DNA of 64,000 bases from NCBI GenBank assembly GCA_965203325.1, contig OZ241875.1:3424001-3488000 (forward strand), written 5' to 3'. The DNA is from a bacterium (lineage in GTDB: Bacteria; UBA8248). The notes under the pieces are model-generated. The model was given only the letters and a program-made list of their open reading frames with translations, was not told the origin of the DNA and searched no databases. The translations under genes were made by a program, and so were the position numbers. Of the stretch, positions 18,821-27,278 are shown piece by piece; within the stretch, counting starts at the first letter, position 1; the number at the start of each line of letters is the position of its first letter.

Positions 18821-19708
18821 ATGTCTAGCCACATGAAAATCATGAACGAGAAGACGGGGCGCATCGTCATGCTCGCGGTGGACCACGGCTATTTCCAGGG
18901 GCCGACCTCGGGTCTGGAGGAACCCGCAAAGACGATGGAGCCTTTACTGTCTTATTGCGACGCGGTGAGTCCCACGAAGGGCGTTTTCCTGCGCTGCATG
19001 CCGCCCGAGAGCAAGACGCCGGTCATTCTCCGTGCCTCGGGCGGGAACGCCATCGTCTATTCGGATCCTGTGGAACTCGAGCGTGAACTCAGCATCCGGG
19101 CAGCGGGGATAGAAGATGAGGCGGCCCGCGAGGCGCTGCGTGAGCGAATCGCCGATGATATCGTGAACCGCGAACTCTCGAACGAGTCCATCACCGTCTC
19201 TGCGGCGGAGGCCGCGCGCCTGGGCGTGGCGGGCGTTTCGGTTTCGATCTACGTGGGTGCGCGCTACCAGAAAGAGTCCATCCTGAACCTGGCGAGGATG
19301 AGCGATGAGGGCCGCCGGGAGGGCCTGATCGTTTTGGGCATCACGGCGGTGGGCAAGGAGATGACCAGGGATGCGCGCTATCTGGGTCTTGCGACGCGCA
19401 TCGCTGCCGAACACGGGGCGGACGTCGTGAAGACCTATTACTGCGAGGGCTTCGAGCGTGTGGTGCGGGGCTGTTTCGCGCCCATCGTCATCGCGGGCGG
19501 CAAGAAGGTGCCCGAGCGCGAGGCGCTCGCGTTCTGCTGGCGCGCGATAGACGAGGGCGCTGCGGGCGTGGACATGGGCCGCAACATCTTCCAGAGCGCG
19601 CATCCGGCCGCCATGGTCCGGGCGGTGCGCGCCGTCGTGCATGAGGATTCAAGCCCGGATGCGGCCTTTGAGATGTTCGAGGATTTGAGCGCGGAAGTCC
19701 CTGTATGA
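18821..19708 (+). CDS. lsrF: LsrF-like class I aldolase/thiolase with an internal insertion
   Basis: MLAVDHGYFQGPTSGLE, ELSNE, ADVVKTYY, PIVIAGGKK, GAAGVDMGRNIFQS. Confidence 0.85.
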   Translation: MSSHMKIMNEKTGRIVMLAVDHGYFQGPTSGLEEPAKTMEPLLSYCDAVSPTKGVFLRCMPPESKTPVILRASGGNAIVYSDPVELERELSIRAAGIEDEAAREALRERIADDIVNRELSNESITVSAAEAARLGVAGVSVSIYVGARYQKESILNLARMSDEGRREGLIVLGITAVGKEMTRDARYLGLATRIAAEHGADVVKTYYCEGFERVVRGCFAPIVIAGGKKVPEREALAFCWRAIDEGAAGVDMGRNIFQSAHPAAMVRAVRAVVHEDSSPDAAFEMFEDLSAEVPV

Positions 19709-19736
19709 TGGTGTTTCGGCTCGCGACGCAGGAAGT

Positions 19737-20771
19737 ATGAACATGGCGGAAACCATGCGGGCGGCGGTGTATTACCGAAACGACGACGTGCGGATCGAGA
19801 AGATGGCGAAGCCCCGCGCCGGGGCGGGCGAGCTTTTGGTCGAGACGCGCGCGAGCGGCATCTGCGGAAGCGACGTAATGGAGTGGTACCGGGTAAAGAG
19901 CGCGCCGCGCGTCTTGGGCCATGAGGTGACGGGCGTCGTCGCGCAAGCGGGCGAGGGCGTGGAAGGCTTCCGGGTAGGTGATCGCGTCTGCGTCACCCAT
20001 CACGTTCCCTGTAATGCCTGCGCGCATTGCCTGCGCGGAGACCACACGGCTTGTGAGATGCTGAAAGCTACGAATTTCGACCCGGGCGGTTTCGCCGAGT
20101 TCATCCGCTTACCCGCCGCCAACGTGGATCGGGGGATGTTCCGCCTGCCCGATGAGGTTTCGGACGATGCGGGCGTGTTCGTCGAGCCTTTGGGCTGCGT
20201 CCTGCGCGGCTGGCGGCGCTTTCGTATGACGCCGGGCCTCTCCGTCCTCGTGGTGGGAAGCGGGATGTCGGGCCTGTTACACGTGCAGGCGGCGCGCATC
20301 CTGGGAGCGGGAGCCATATTCGCGGCGGACGTTCATCCCTGGCGCCTCAAGGCCGCCGAGCGGTTCGGCGCGCATGCGCTGCCCCCGTGCGAAGATATGA
20401 CCGAGGCCTTACGGGAGGCGAACGACGGCCGCCTGGCGGATCGCGTCGTCCTGTGCGCGGGGGCGCCCGAGGCTCTTAAGACGTCCCTCGCGTGCGTCGC
20501 GACCTGCGGCGTCTTGCAGCTTTTCGCCCCCACGCCGCCGGGATACCGCCCTGAAATCGACCTCAACCGAATCTGGAGCGAGCAGATCGCCATCACCACC
20601 ACTTACGGCGCAGCGCCGCTCGATCTCGAAGAGGCGCTCGCGCTCATACGCGCCGGCCGCATCGAGGTCGAGGAGATGGTCACCCACAGGCTCCCGCTCG
20701 CGCAGGCGCAGGAGGGCTTCCGCCTCGTCGCCGAGGCGGGCGAATCACTGAAGGTGGTGCTCAAACCCTGA
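19737..20771 (+). CDS. Zn-dependent alcohol/polyol dehydrogenase
   Basis: GICGSD, LGHE, structural Zn CxxCxxC...C, GSGMSG. Confidence 0.9.
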   Translation: MNMAETMRAAVYYRNDDVRIEKMAKPRAGAGELLVETRASGICGSDVMEWYRVKSAPRVLGHEVTGVVAQAGEGVEGFRVGDRVCVTHHVPCNACAHCLRGDHTACEMLKATNFDPGGFAEFIRLPAANVDRGMFRLPDEVSDDAGVFVEPLGCVLRGWRRFRMTPGLSVLVVGSGMSGLLHVQAARILGAGAIFAADVHPWRLKAAERFGAHALPPCEDMTEALREANDGRLADRVVLCAGAPEALKTSLACVATCGVLQLFAPTPPGYRPEIDLNRIWSEQIAITTTYGAAPLDLEEALALIRAGRIEVEEMVTHRLPLAQAQEGFRLVAEAGESLKVVLKP

Positions 20772-20786
20772 TCGCAAGCCCGAATC

Positions 20787-20815
20787 TTGCGGTCGGGCGC
20801 GAAAGAGATTAGTAT
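20787..20815 (+). promoter_or_regulatory. sigma70-like promoter, unit 1
   Basis: TTGCGG-17 bp-TAGTAT. Hexamers conserved with units 2-4 while the spacer differs. Confidence 0.6.
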
Positions 20816-20905
20816 TTTTCTGAGAAAGCGAGCAACGCAGGGCAGGACGCTCTGGGTCCACGAGGTTGTTCGGTTTTTGTTGGTGGACTCGCAAGGAGGA
20901 AGGAA

Positions 20906-21166
20906 GTGACGACTTTTCAAATCGCGACGCTGGTGGCATTGGGCATCCAGAGCGCAATAGCTCTTGGTGTAGGAAGCGTTCAGTGTATCCTGATATGGAA
21001 GGGCTTGAGACAGATGGAGCGCGCCTCGGAGTTCAGGGAAAGAGAGAGCGCTAGACGGCACGAGGAAGTCATGATGGAGGGTGCGAGGCGGCACGAAGAG
21101 AACATGAAAAAACATGAGCAGTCCATGACCGCGCTCAAGACGCTCATCGAGCGGACAGGGAAGTAA
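20906..21166 (+). CDS. Small TM plus coiled-coil protein, copy 1 (86 aa, three HE[E/Q] repeats)
   Basis: AAGGAGG RBS, GTG start, hydrophobic N-terminus, ends SMTALKTLIERTGK. Confidence 0.8.
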   Translation: MTTFQIATLVALGIQSAIALGVGSVQCILIWKGLRQMERASEFRERESARRHEEVMMEGARRHEENMKKHEQSMTALKTLIERTGK

Positions 21167-21191
21167 CCTCTACTTCCCGCCGGCTACTCCG

Positions 21192-21222
21192 CCCCCGTCC
21201 TCCGGGACGGGGGTTTTCTGTT
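21192..21222 (+). terminator. Intrinsic terminator, unit 1
   Basis: CCCCCGTCC-TCCG-GGACGGGGG then TTTTCTGTT. Confidence 0.8.
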
Positions 21223-21305
21223 GCTCGATTGCTCTCTGCCCATCATCTGTTTTGGGAATCTCTCCAGGTGGCGGTTAGGCCTTGAGTCGCGCGAAGAGCC
21301 GGATA

Positions 21306-21334
21306 TTGCGGGGGAGCGCGAAAGGGGATAGTGT
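21306..21334 (+). promoter_or_regulatory. sigma70-like promoter, unit 2
   Basis: TTGCGG-17 bp-TAGTGT. Confidence 0.6.
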
Positions 21335-21414
21335 TATATCTAGGATTGCGGGCCATGGAACGCGAGGCTGTGGAGTTCGCAGGGTGATAATCAAAGACCC
21401 GAATGGGGTGGGTA

Positions 21415-21621
21415 ATGACGACTTTTCAAATCGCGACGCTGGTGGCATTGGGCATTCAGAGCGCAATAGCTCTTGGTGTAGGAAGCGTTCAGTGTATCCT
21501 GATATGGAAGGGCTTGAGGCAGATGGAGCGCGCCTCGGAGTTCAGGGAAAGAGAGGGCGCAAGACGGCACGAGGAGTCCATGACCGCGCTCAAGACGCTC
21601 ATCGAGCGGACAGGGAAGTAA
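21415..21621 (+). CDS. Small TM plus coiled-coil protein, copy 2 (68 aa, one HEE repeat)
   Basis: Paralogue of copy 1, 18 aa shorter in frame. Confidence 0.8.
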   Translation: MTTFQIATLVALGIQSAIALGVGSVQCILIWKGLRQMERASEFREREGARRHEESMTALKTLIERTGK

Positions 21622-21646
21622 CCTCTACTTCCCGCCGGCTACTCCG

Positions 21647-21677
21647 CCCCCGTCCTCCGGGACGGGGGTTTTCTGTT
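21647..21677 (+). terminator. Intrinsic terminator, unit 2
   Basis: Identical hairpin plus T tract. Confidence 0.8.
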
Positions 21678-21760
21678 GCTCGATTGTTCTCTGCCCATCA
21701 TCTGTTTTGGGAATCTCTCCAGGTGGCGGTTAGGCCTTGAGTCGCGCGAAGAGCCGGATA

Positions 21761-21789
21761 TTGCGGGGGAGCGCGAAAGGGGATAGTGT
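21761..21789 (+). promoter_or_regulatory. sigma70-like promoter, unit 3
   Basis: TTGCGG-17 bp-TAGTGT. Confidence 0.6.
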
Positions 21790-21868
21790 TATATTCAGGA
21801 TTGCGGGCCATGGAACGCGAGGCCATGTAGTTCGCAGGGTGAAAATCAAGGACCCGAAAGGGAACAAG

Positions 21869-22150
21869 ATGACGACTTTTCAAATCGCGACGCTGGTGGC
21901 ATTGGGCATTCAGAGCGCAATAGCTCTTGGTGTAGGAAGCGTTCAGTGTATCCTGATATGGAAGGGCTTGAGGCAGATGGAGCGCGCCTCGGAGTTCAGG
22001 GAAAGAGAGAGCGCTAGACGGCACGAGGAAGTCATGAGGGAGAGCGCGAGGCGGCACGAAGAGACCATGAAAAATCATGAGGAAAACATGAAAAAACATG
22101 AGGAATCGATGACCGCGCTCAAGACGCTCATCGAGCGGACAGGGAAGTAA
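21869..22150 (+). CDS. Small TM plus coiled-coil protein, copy 3 (93 aa, four HEE repeats)
   Basis: RRHEEVMRESA-RRHEETM-KNHEENM-KKHEESM. Confidence 0.8.
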   Translation: MTTFQIATLVALGIQSAIALGVGSVQCILIWKGLRQMERASEFRERESARRHEEVMRESARRHEETMKNHEENMKKHEESMTALKTLIERTGK

Positions 22151-22175
22151 CCTCTACTTCCCGCCGGCTACTCCG

Positions 22176-22206
22176 CCCCCGTCCTCCGGGACGGGGGTTT
22201 TCTGTT
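22176..22206 (+). terminator. Intrinsic terminator, unit 3
   Basis: Identical hairpin plus T tract. Confidence 0.8.
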
Positions 22207-22289
22207 GCTCGATGGTTCTCTGCCCATCATCTGTTTTGGGAATCTCTGAAGATGGCGGTTAGGCCTTGAGTCGCGCGAAGAGCCGGATA

Positions 22290-22318
22290 TTGCGGGGGAG
22301 CGCGAAAGGGGATAGTGT
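22290..22318 (+). promoter_or_regulatory. sigma70-like promoter, unit 4
   Basis: TTGCGG-17 bp-TAGTGT. Confidence 0.6.
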
Positions 22319-22398
22319 TATATTCAGGGTTGCGGGCCATGGGACGCGAGGCCGTGGAGTTCGCCGGGCGAATACAAAAGACCCGAGAGGAGAGAAAA

Positions 22399-22593
22399 GT
22401 GACGACTTTTCAAATCGCAACGCTCGGGTTCTACGCCGTGCAGTCCCTCATCGGCCTCGCACAGTGCGCCCTCATCTTGATGGGCTTGAGGCAGATGAGC
22501 CGCGCCTCGGAGTTCAGGGAAAGAGAGGGCGCAAGACGGCACGAGGAGTCCATGACCGCGCTCAAGACGCTCATCGAGCGGACAGGGAAGTAA
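22399..22593 (+). CDS. Small TM plus coiled-coil protein, copy 4 (64 aa, divergent TM, one HEE repeat)
   Basis: GAGGAG RBS, GTG start: MTTFQIATLGFYAVQSLIGLAQCALILMGLRQM...TGK. Confidence 0.8.
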   Translation: MTTFQIATLGFYAVQSLIGLAQCALILMGLRQMSRASEFREREGARRHEESMTALKTLIERTGK

Positions 22594-22618
22594 CCTCTAC
22601 TTCCCGCCGGCTATTCCG

Positions 22619-22649
22619 CCCCCGTCCTCCGGGACGGGGGTTTTCTGTT
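22619..22649 (+). terminator. Intrinsic terminator, unit 4
   Basis: Identical hairpin plus T tract; convergent with the recD2 stop at 22667. Confidence 0.8.
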
Positions 22650-22666
22650 GCATCGCCGATTGTCCG

Positions 22667-25147
22667 CTACTTATCCACGGGGTGGTAGGTCAGTTCGCCC
22701 CCGGGCGGGGAATCGTCCTCGGTCGCTTCGTCCTCATAAAGAGCATCCGGCGGGGCGTCTTCCGTGAACTGCGTGTCATCCGCATCCGCATCCTGCGGGG
22801 CGGGGGAGGGCTCCTTGAGAAGCGGGGCGAGTTTCGCCTCGCGGCGGATTCTTTCCGGCAGGCCGCTCCAGCGCCTCCTCACGCGCGCGTTTCCTATCGC
22901 CATGCCGAGCGCCTTTTTCGACCCGACGAACACCGCCAGACGCTTCGCCCGCGTGAGGGCGGTGTAGACGAGGTTTCTCTGCAGCATCGGGAAGTGCTGG
23001 GTGTGGAGCGGGATGACGACGGCGGGGTATTCGCTCCCCTGGCTCTTGTGGACGGTGATGGCGTAGGCGTGCATCACCTCATCGAGCGCGCCGCGCGTAT
23101 ATTCGACGACGTTCGAATCGAAAGCGGCGCGAATGCTCCCCTCCTCGGGCGCGACGCTCTTGACGACGCCGATGTCGCCGTTGAACACGTCCTTGTCGTA
23201 GTTGTTGCGCACCTGGATGAGCTTGTCCCCGGTGCGGAACGTCCGGCCGCCGCTCTGTAGCGCGGGCGCGCTTCCGGCGGGATTGAGCGCCTCCTGTAAG
23301 CGCGCGTTCAGGCTCTGCACGCCGAGCACGCCGCGCTGCATGGGGGAGATGACCTGGAGGTCGGCGATGGCGTCGATCTTGAACCGATCGGGAATGCGCT
23401 CGCGGCACAGTTCGATGATGAGGTCGGCGCAGCGCTCCGCCTCGCTCTCCTCGATGAAGTAATAGTCGAGCGGCGCGTCTTCTTTTTCCCCCTTGCCGTT
23501 TCGGGGCATCTCGCCGCGGTTCACGCGGTGGGCGTTCTCGACGATCAGGCTCTCCTGCGCCTGGCGGAAGACCTCGGTGAGCCTCACGACGGGCGGGGTC
23601 TCTGAGGTGATGACGTCGCTCAGGACGTTGCCGGGTCCCACGGAGGGGAGCTGGTCTACGTCGCCCACCAGGACGAGCGTCGCCGGGTCGGGCACCGCGC
23701 GCAGCAGGTGGGCCGTCAGGTGTACGTCGAGCATCGAGGCCTCATCGATGATCACGATGTCGCCGGTGAGCGGGTTTTCCGCATCGCGGGTGAAGCCGCC
23801 CGAGTGCCAGCTGTATTCGAGCAGCCTGTGGATGGTGGCCGCCTCGTGGCCTGTGACTTCAGAAAGACGCTTGGCCGCCCGGCCCGTGGGCGCGCCGAGG
23901 ATGACCTGGAGGCCGAGTTTCGTGTAGAGGTTCGTGACGGCGCTCACGATGGTCGTCTTGCCGGTGCCGGGGCCGCCCGTGACGATAAGCACCTTCTGCG
24001 TGAGCGCGCCCTCTATCGCCGCGCCCTGATCCTTCGTCGCCTTGCCGCCTTCGAGCGCGCGCCGGGCGAGATGACCGAGGCGCTCTTTCGTCGTACTCCC
24101 GGGCGCTCCCTGTCCCCGCATGGCGGCTTCGAGACGCGCCTCGTCGCGCGTCGTGCGGATGAGCGCGGCGAGACGGCGGGCGACCTCGCATTCCGCGGCG
24201 TAGAGCGGGCGCGCGTAGACGCGCTTGCCCTCGGCCGAAGCGAGGTTCTCGACCATGTTCGCCGATTCGATCACCACCGAGCCGCCCCGGCCCAGGTTCT
24301 CGAGAACGGGAGCGAGGGCGTCGACTTCGGTCTCGAGCATCTCGACGGCCGTCTCCATCAGGTCGCCGTAGGGCAGAAAGCAGTGGCCCTCGCGCTCGGC
24401 GAGCTGGTTCAGGACGTAGACGGCTCCCGCCGCGAGGCGTTTGGGAGAGTCAACGGGAATGCCCAGTTGCTGCGCGATTCGGTCCGCGCTCTTGAAGCCC
24501 ACGCCGTGAATCTCTGACGCCAGGCGATAGGGGTCTTCGCGCAGAATCCGTATGGACGCCTCGCCGTAGGTTCTCAGGATTTTCTCGGACAGATGGAGCG
24601 GGACGTCGTATTGACGGAGAAAAAGCATGATCTCCTTGACTTCGCTCTGGCTCTTCCAGCTCTCGACGATGGCTTCGAGCTTCTTCGCGCCCAGCCCGGC
24701 GATTTCCGTTAAGCGCTCGGGTTGGTTGTCGAGGATTTCGAGGGATTTCTCGCCGAAGCGCGTAACGATTCTCCTGGCGAGAGCGGGGCCGATGTTCTTC
24801 ACGATGCCGGACGCCAGGTACTTTTCGATTCCCTCGATTGTCGTGGGCGCCAGCGGGCGGGCTAGTTCTGCATGAAACTGGCGGCCGAACCTGGGATGAT
24901 CCTTCCAGCCGCCCTCGAAGCGGACGCGTTCGCCCTCGCGGATGGAGGAGAGATAGCCCACAACGGCCACGCGGGGGAAATCCTCGTTGTCCGGCTGGAC
25001 GAGCAGGACGCTGTAGCCGGTGTCCTCCGCGCGGAAGCGGATCCGCTCCACCGCGCCGGTCAGTTCGGTGCCGTCTTGCGGGAAGAGGCCCGCCTGGGGA
25101 GGAGGGGTACTTCTTCCGGGGCGTGGTGTTCTCGGTTTGCGCGTCAT
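22667..25147 (-). CDS. recD2: ATP-dependent RecD-like helicase RecD2
   Basis: N-terminal OB/HhH region, TGGPGTGKTT, APTGRAAKR, DEASM, GDVDQLPSV, TVHKSQGSEY, YTALTRA. Confidence 0.95.
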   Translation of the reverse strand: MTRKPRTPRPGRSTPPPQAGLFPQDGTELTGAVERIRFRAEDTGYSVLLVQPDNEDFPRVAVVGYLSSIREGERVRFEGGWKDHPRFGRQFHAELARPLAPTTIEGIEKYLASGIVKNIGPALARRIVTRFGEKSLEILDNQPERLTEIAGLGAKKLEAIVESWKSQSEVKEIMLFLRQYDVPLHLSEKILRTYGEASIRILREDPYRLASEIHGVGFKSADRIAQQLGIPVDSPKRLAAGAVYVLNQLAEREGHCFLPYGDLMETAVEMLETEVDALAPVLENLGRGGSVVIESANMVENLASAEGKRVYARPLYAAECEVARRLAALIRTTRDEARLEAAMRGQGAPGSTTKERLGHLARRALEGGKATKDQGAAIEGALTQKVLIVTGGPGTGKTTIVSAVTNLYTKLGLQVILGAPTGRAAKRLSEVTGHEAATIHRLLEYSWHSGGFTRDAENPLTGDIVIIDEASMLDVHLTAHLLRAVPDPATLVLVGDVDQLPSVGPGNVLSDVITSETPPVVRLTEVFRQAQESLIVENAHRVNRGEMPRNGKGEKEDAPLDYYFIEESEAERCADLIIELCRERIPDRFKIDAIADLQVISPMQRGVLGVQSLNARLQEALNPAGSAPALQSGGRTFRTGDKLIQVRNNYDKDVFNGDIGVVKSVAPEEGSIRAAFDSNVVEYTRGALDEVMHAYAITVHKSQGSEYPAVVIPLHTQHFPMLQRNLVYTALTRAKRLAVFVGSKKALGMAIGNARVRRRWSGLPERIRREAKLAPLLKEPSPAPQDADADDTQFTEDAPPDALYEDEATEDDSPPGGELTYHPVDK

Positions 25148-25227
25148 GGGTCGTTCCTGATCGCATCCGGGCGGGCGGGGCGGTGTGTCACCGGGTGCGC
25201 GTGGCCGGGGTCAGAGCGAGAGTCAGC

Positions 25228-26031
25228 TCAGCCCCCGCTCCTTCCGGTTTTTTTCGCTTCATTCCAGAGCGTTTCCAGCTCATCGAGCGTCACGTCCTCG
25301 GGCGAGAGTCCCCGGGCGCGCAGCGCTTGTTCCATATGGTGAAAACGCGCGGTAAAGCGCTGGATGCAGGCGCGGGCCGCCCCCTCGGCGCTCACCCCGA
25401 GCTTCCGGGAGAGGTTCACGGCGGCGAAGAGAAGATCGCCCATCTCTTGCTCGATCGCTTCGCGGTCTTCTTTCCGCATCGCCGCCTTGAGTTCCGCCCA
25501 CTCTTCTTCCACCTTGCCCGCCGCACCGGCCGGGTCCGGCCAGTCGAAGCCCACGCGCGAAGCCTTTCCCTGAAGTCTCTGGGCGCGCTGGAGCGCGGGC
25601 ATGGCGGCGGGCACGCCGTCGAGAATGGAGGCCGCGCCGTTCTCATCCCCCGCGCGGGACTTTCGCTTGCTGATCTCCCAGTTTCGGAGCACCTCGCCGC
25701 TGGTCTCGGCCATAGCGTCCTCGAACACGTGGGGGTGGCGGTCGATCATCTTCTGCGCGAGGGCGCGGGCGGTCTCCTCGGCGTCGAAGAGGCCCTTCTC
25801 CTCGGCGAGTCGGCAGTGGAAGAGCACCTGAAGCAGGAGGTCGCCCAACTCTTCCTTGAGCATGGCGGGGTCGCCCGCCTCGATGGCCTCCATCACCTCG
25901 TAGGCTTCCTCAATGAGGTAGGGCTTGAGGCTCTGGTGGTCCTGTTCCTTGTCCCAGGGGCAGCCGTCCGGCGCTCTGAGGCGGGCCATGACCTCCACCG
26001 CGCGCTCGAAACCGCTTTTGTTCTCGCTCAA
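25228..26031 (-). CDS. mazG: Nucleoside triphosphate pyrophosphohydrolase MazG
   Basis: GCPWDKEQ, EEAYEV, EELGDLL, RHPHVF, GFDW, EMGDLLF. Confidence 0.95.
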   Translation of the reverse strand: MSENKSGFERAVEVMARLRAPDGCPWDKEQDHQSLKPYLIEEAYEVMEAIEAGDPAMLKEELGDLLLQVLFHCRLAEEKGLFDAEETARALAQKMIDRHPHVFEDAMAETSGEVLRNWEISKRKSRAGDENGAASILDGVPAAMPALQRAQRLQGKASRVGFDWPDPAGAAGKVEEEWAELKAAMRKEDREAIEQEMGDLLFAAVNLSRKLGVSAEGAARACIQRFTARFHHMEQALRARGLSPEDVTLDELETLWNEAKKTGRSGG

Positions 26032-26219
26032 TGCCTGGCCTCACGATTGGGAATCCCGACGCCCGCAGTATACGCGCAACGCGCGCGGGCGGGCAACGAT
26101 CCTCCGGGGGGCCGCCGCATGATATAGGCGGATCGGATACGGGCGAGCGCGGTATGTCTTGACGGGAGACGACGCCTAGGAGGGAGATCGTCGTCTACAC
26201 CAGTTTCGTCGAGCGTTTC

Positions 26220-27278
26220 TCAGGAAACAGTCGTTTGCGTCCCGGTATTTTCCCGTTTTTCCAATGGAAAATGGCAGGCGGCCTTGGTTCCGCCGGGATA
26301 AGGCGTCAGCATCGGCATTTCGACTCGGCACCTCTCTTCTCTTTGGGGACAACGGCTGTAAAAACGGCAAAGGTGCGGGGAAGGATCGATGGGACTCATC
26401 GGCTCACCGGTCAATCGCACCCGTTCGGTGCGCTCGTTCGTGTTGATGGCGGGTATGGCGGAGAGGAGCGCCCGGGTGTAGGGATGGCGGGGGTGACGCA
26501 GGATTTCCCGGGTGGGACCGGCCTCCACGATTTTGCCGAGATACATCACCAGAACCCGTTGGCAGAGCAGCCGGACGACGTTCAGATCATGGGAGACGAA
26601 CAGGTAGCTCATCCCGAGGCGGTTCTTCAGATCTTCGAGAAGATGCAGGATGACCGCCTGAACCGAAACGTCCAGGGCGGAGGTGGGCTCGTCCAGAATG
26701 AGGAGCGAGGGTTCGAGCGCTATCGCGCGGGCGATTCCGACCCGCGCCTTCTGACCGCCGGAGAGCTGGTGTGGATAACGGGTCAGGAACTCGGGGGCGA
26801 GACCCACCAGAGTGCAGAGTTCCTCCACGCGCTTCGCCAGTTCGGGGCCGCTCCGCATCCCGCCCAGACGCAAGAGCGGATCGGCGACCGCCCGAAAAGT
26901 GGTGAACCCGGGATTCAGGCTTTCCGTGGGGTCCTGGAAAACCATCTGGATTTTCCGGCGCTTCTCGCCCTGGATGAAGCGGCTCGCCGGAACCCCCCCG
27001 ATGTTCCTGCCCTCGAAGGCGATAGCGCCCGATGTCGGGTCCTGCAGGCGGGCGATCAAGCGGGCGAGGGTGGATTTCCCGCAGCCGGACTCGCCGACGA
27101 GGCCGACGCTCTCCCCCGCTTCGATCGTGAAAGTCACGCCGTCCACGGCGTGGAGATGGCCCGCTTCGCCTCGTTCTTCGGCCCCCATGCCCCGCAGCGA
27201 ATTCCAGATCCTTCCCATCGCTCCACTCCGGCGGATCGGGAACTTCTTCAGGAGGTCGACGGTTTGGAGCAAGGCCAT
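26220..27278 (-). CDS. Peptide/nickel ABC transporter ATP-binding protein (OppF/DppF-like)
   Basis: [23 protein letters not shown]-terminal Cys cluster. ATG at 27278 is coupled to the upstream stop. Confidence 0.92.
   Translation of the reverse strand: MALLQTVDLLKKFPIRRSGAMGRIWNSLRGMGAEERGEAGHLHAVDGVTFTIEAGESVGLVGESGCGKSTLARLIARLQDPTSGAIAFEGRNIGGVPASRFIQGEKRRKIQMVFQDPTESLNPGFTTFRAVADPLLRLGGMRSGPELAKRVEELCTLVGLAPEFLTRYPHQLSGGQKARVGIARAIALEPSLLILDEPTSALDVSVQAVILHLLEDLKNRLGMSYLFVSHDLNVVRLLCQRVLVMYLGKIVEAGPTREILRHPRHPYTRALLSAIPAINTNERTERVRLTGEPMSPIDPSPHLCRFYSRCPQREERCRVEMPMLTPYPGGTKAACHFPLEKRENTGTQTTVS

Larger units (their letters stand above)
20787..22650 (+). repeat. Tandem array of four ~0.45-0.53 kb promoter-ORF-terminator units
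   Basis: ORF stops at 21166, 21621, 22150, 22593 (periods 455, 529, 443). Near-identical 3' ORF, terminator and spacer sequence. Confidence 0.95.

Noticed and set aside
20787..22650. CRISPR array or DGR interpretation of the tandem repeats
   Set aside because: Units are 440-530 bp and protein-coding, with no short repeat-spacer pattern. There is no cas or reverse transcriptase gene and differences are not adenine-specific.
21282..22688. Longer ORFs starting MSRAKSRILRG in the array
   Set aside because: They start at TTG without an RBS upstream of the predicted promoter and fall in different frames relative to the conserved ORF in different units, so they are by-products of the repeat.
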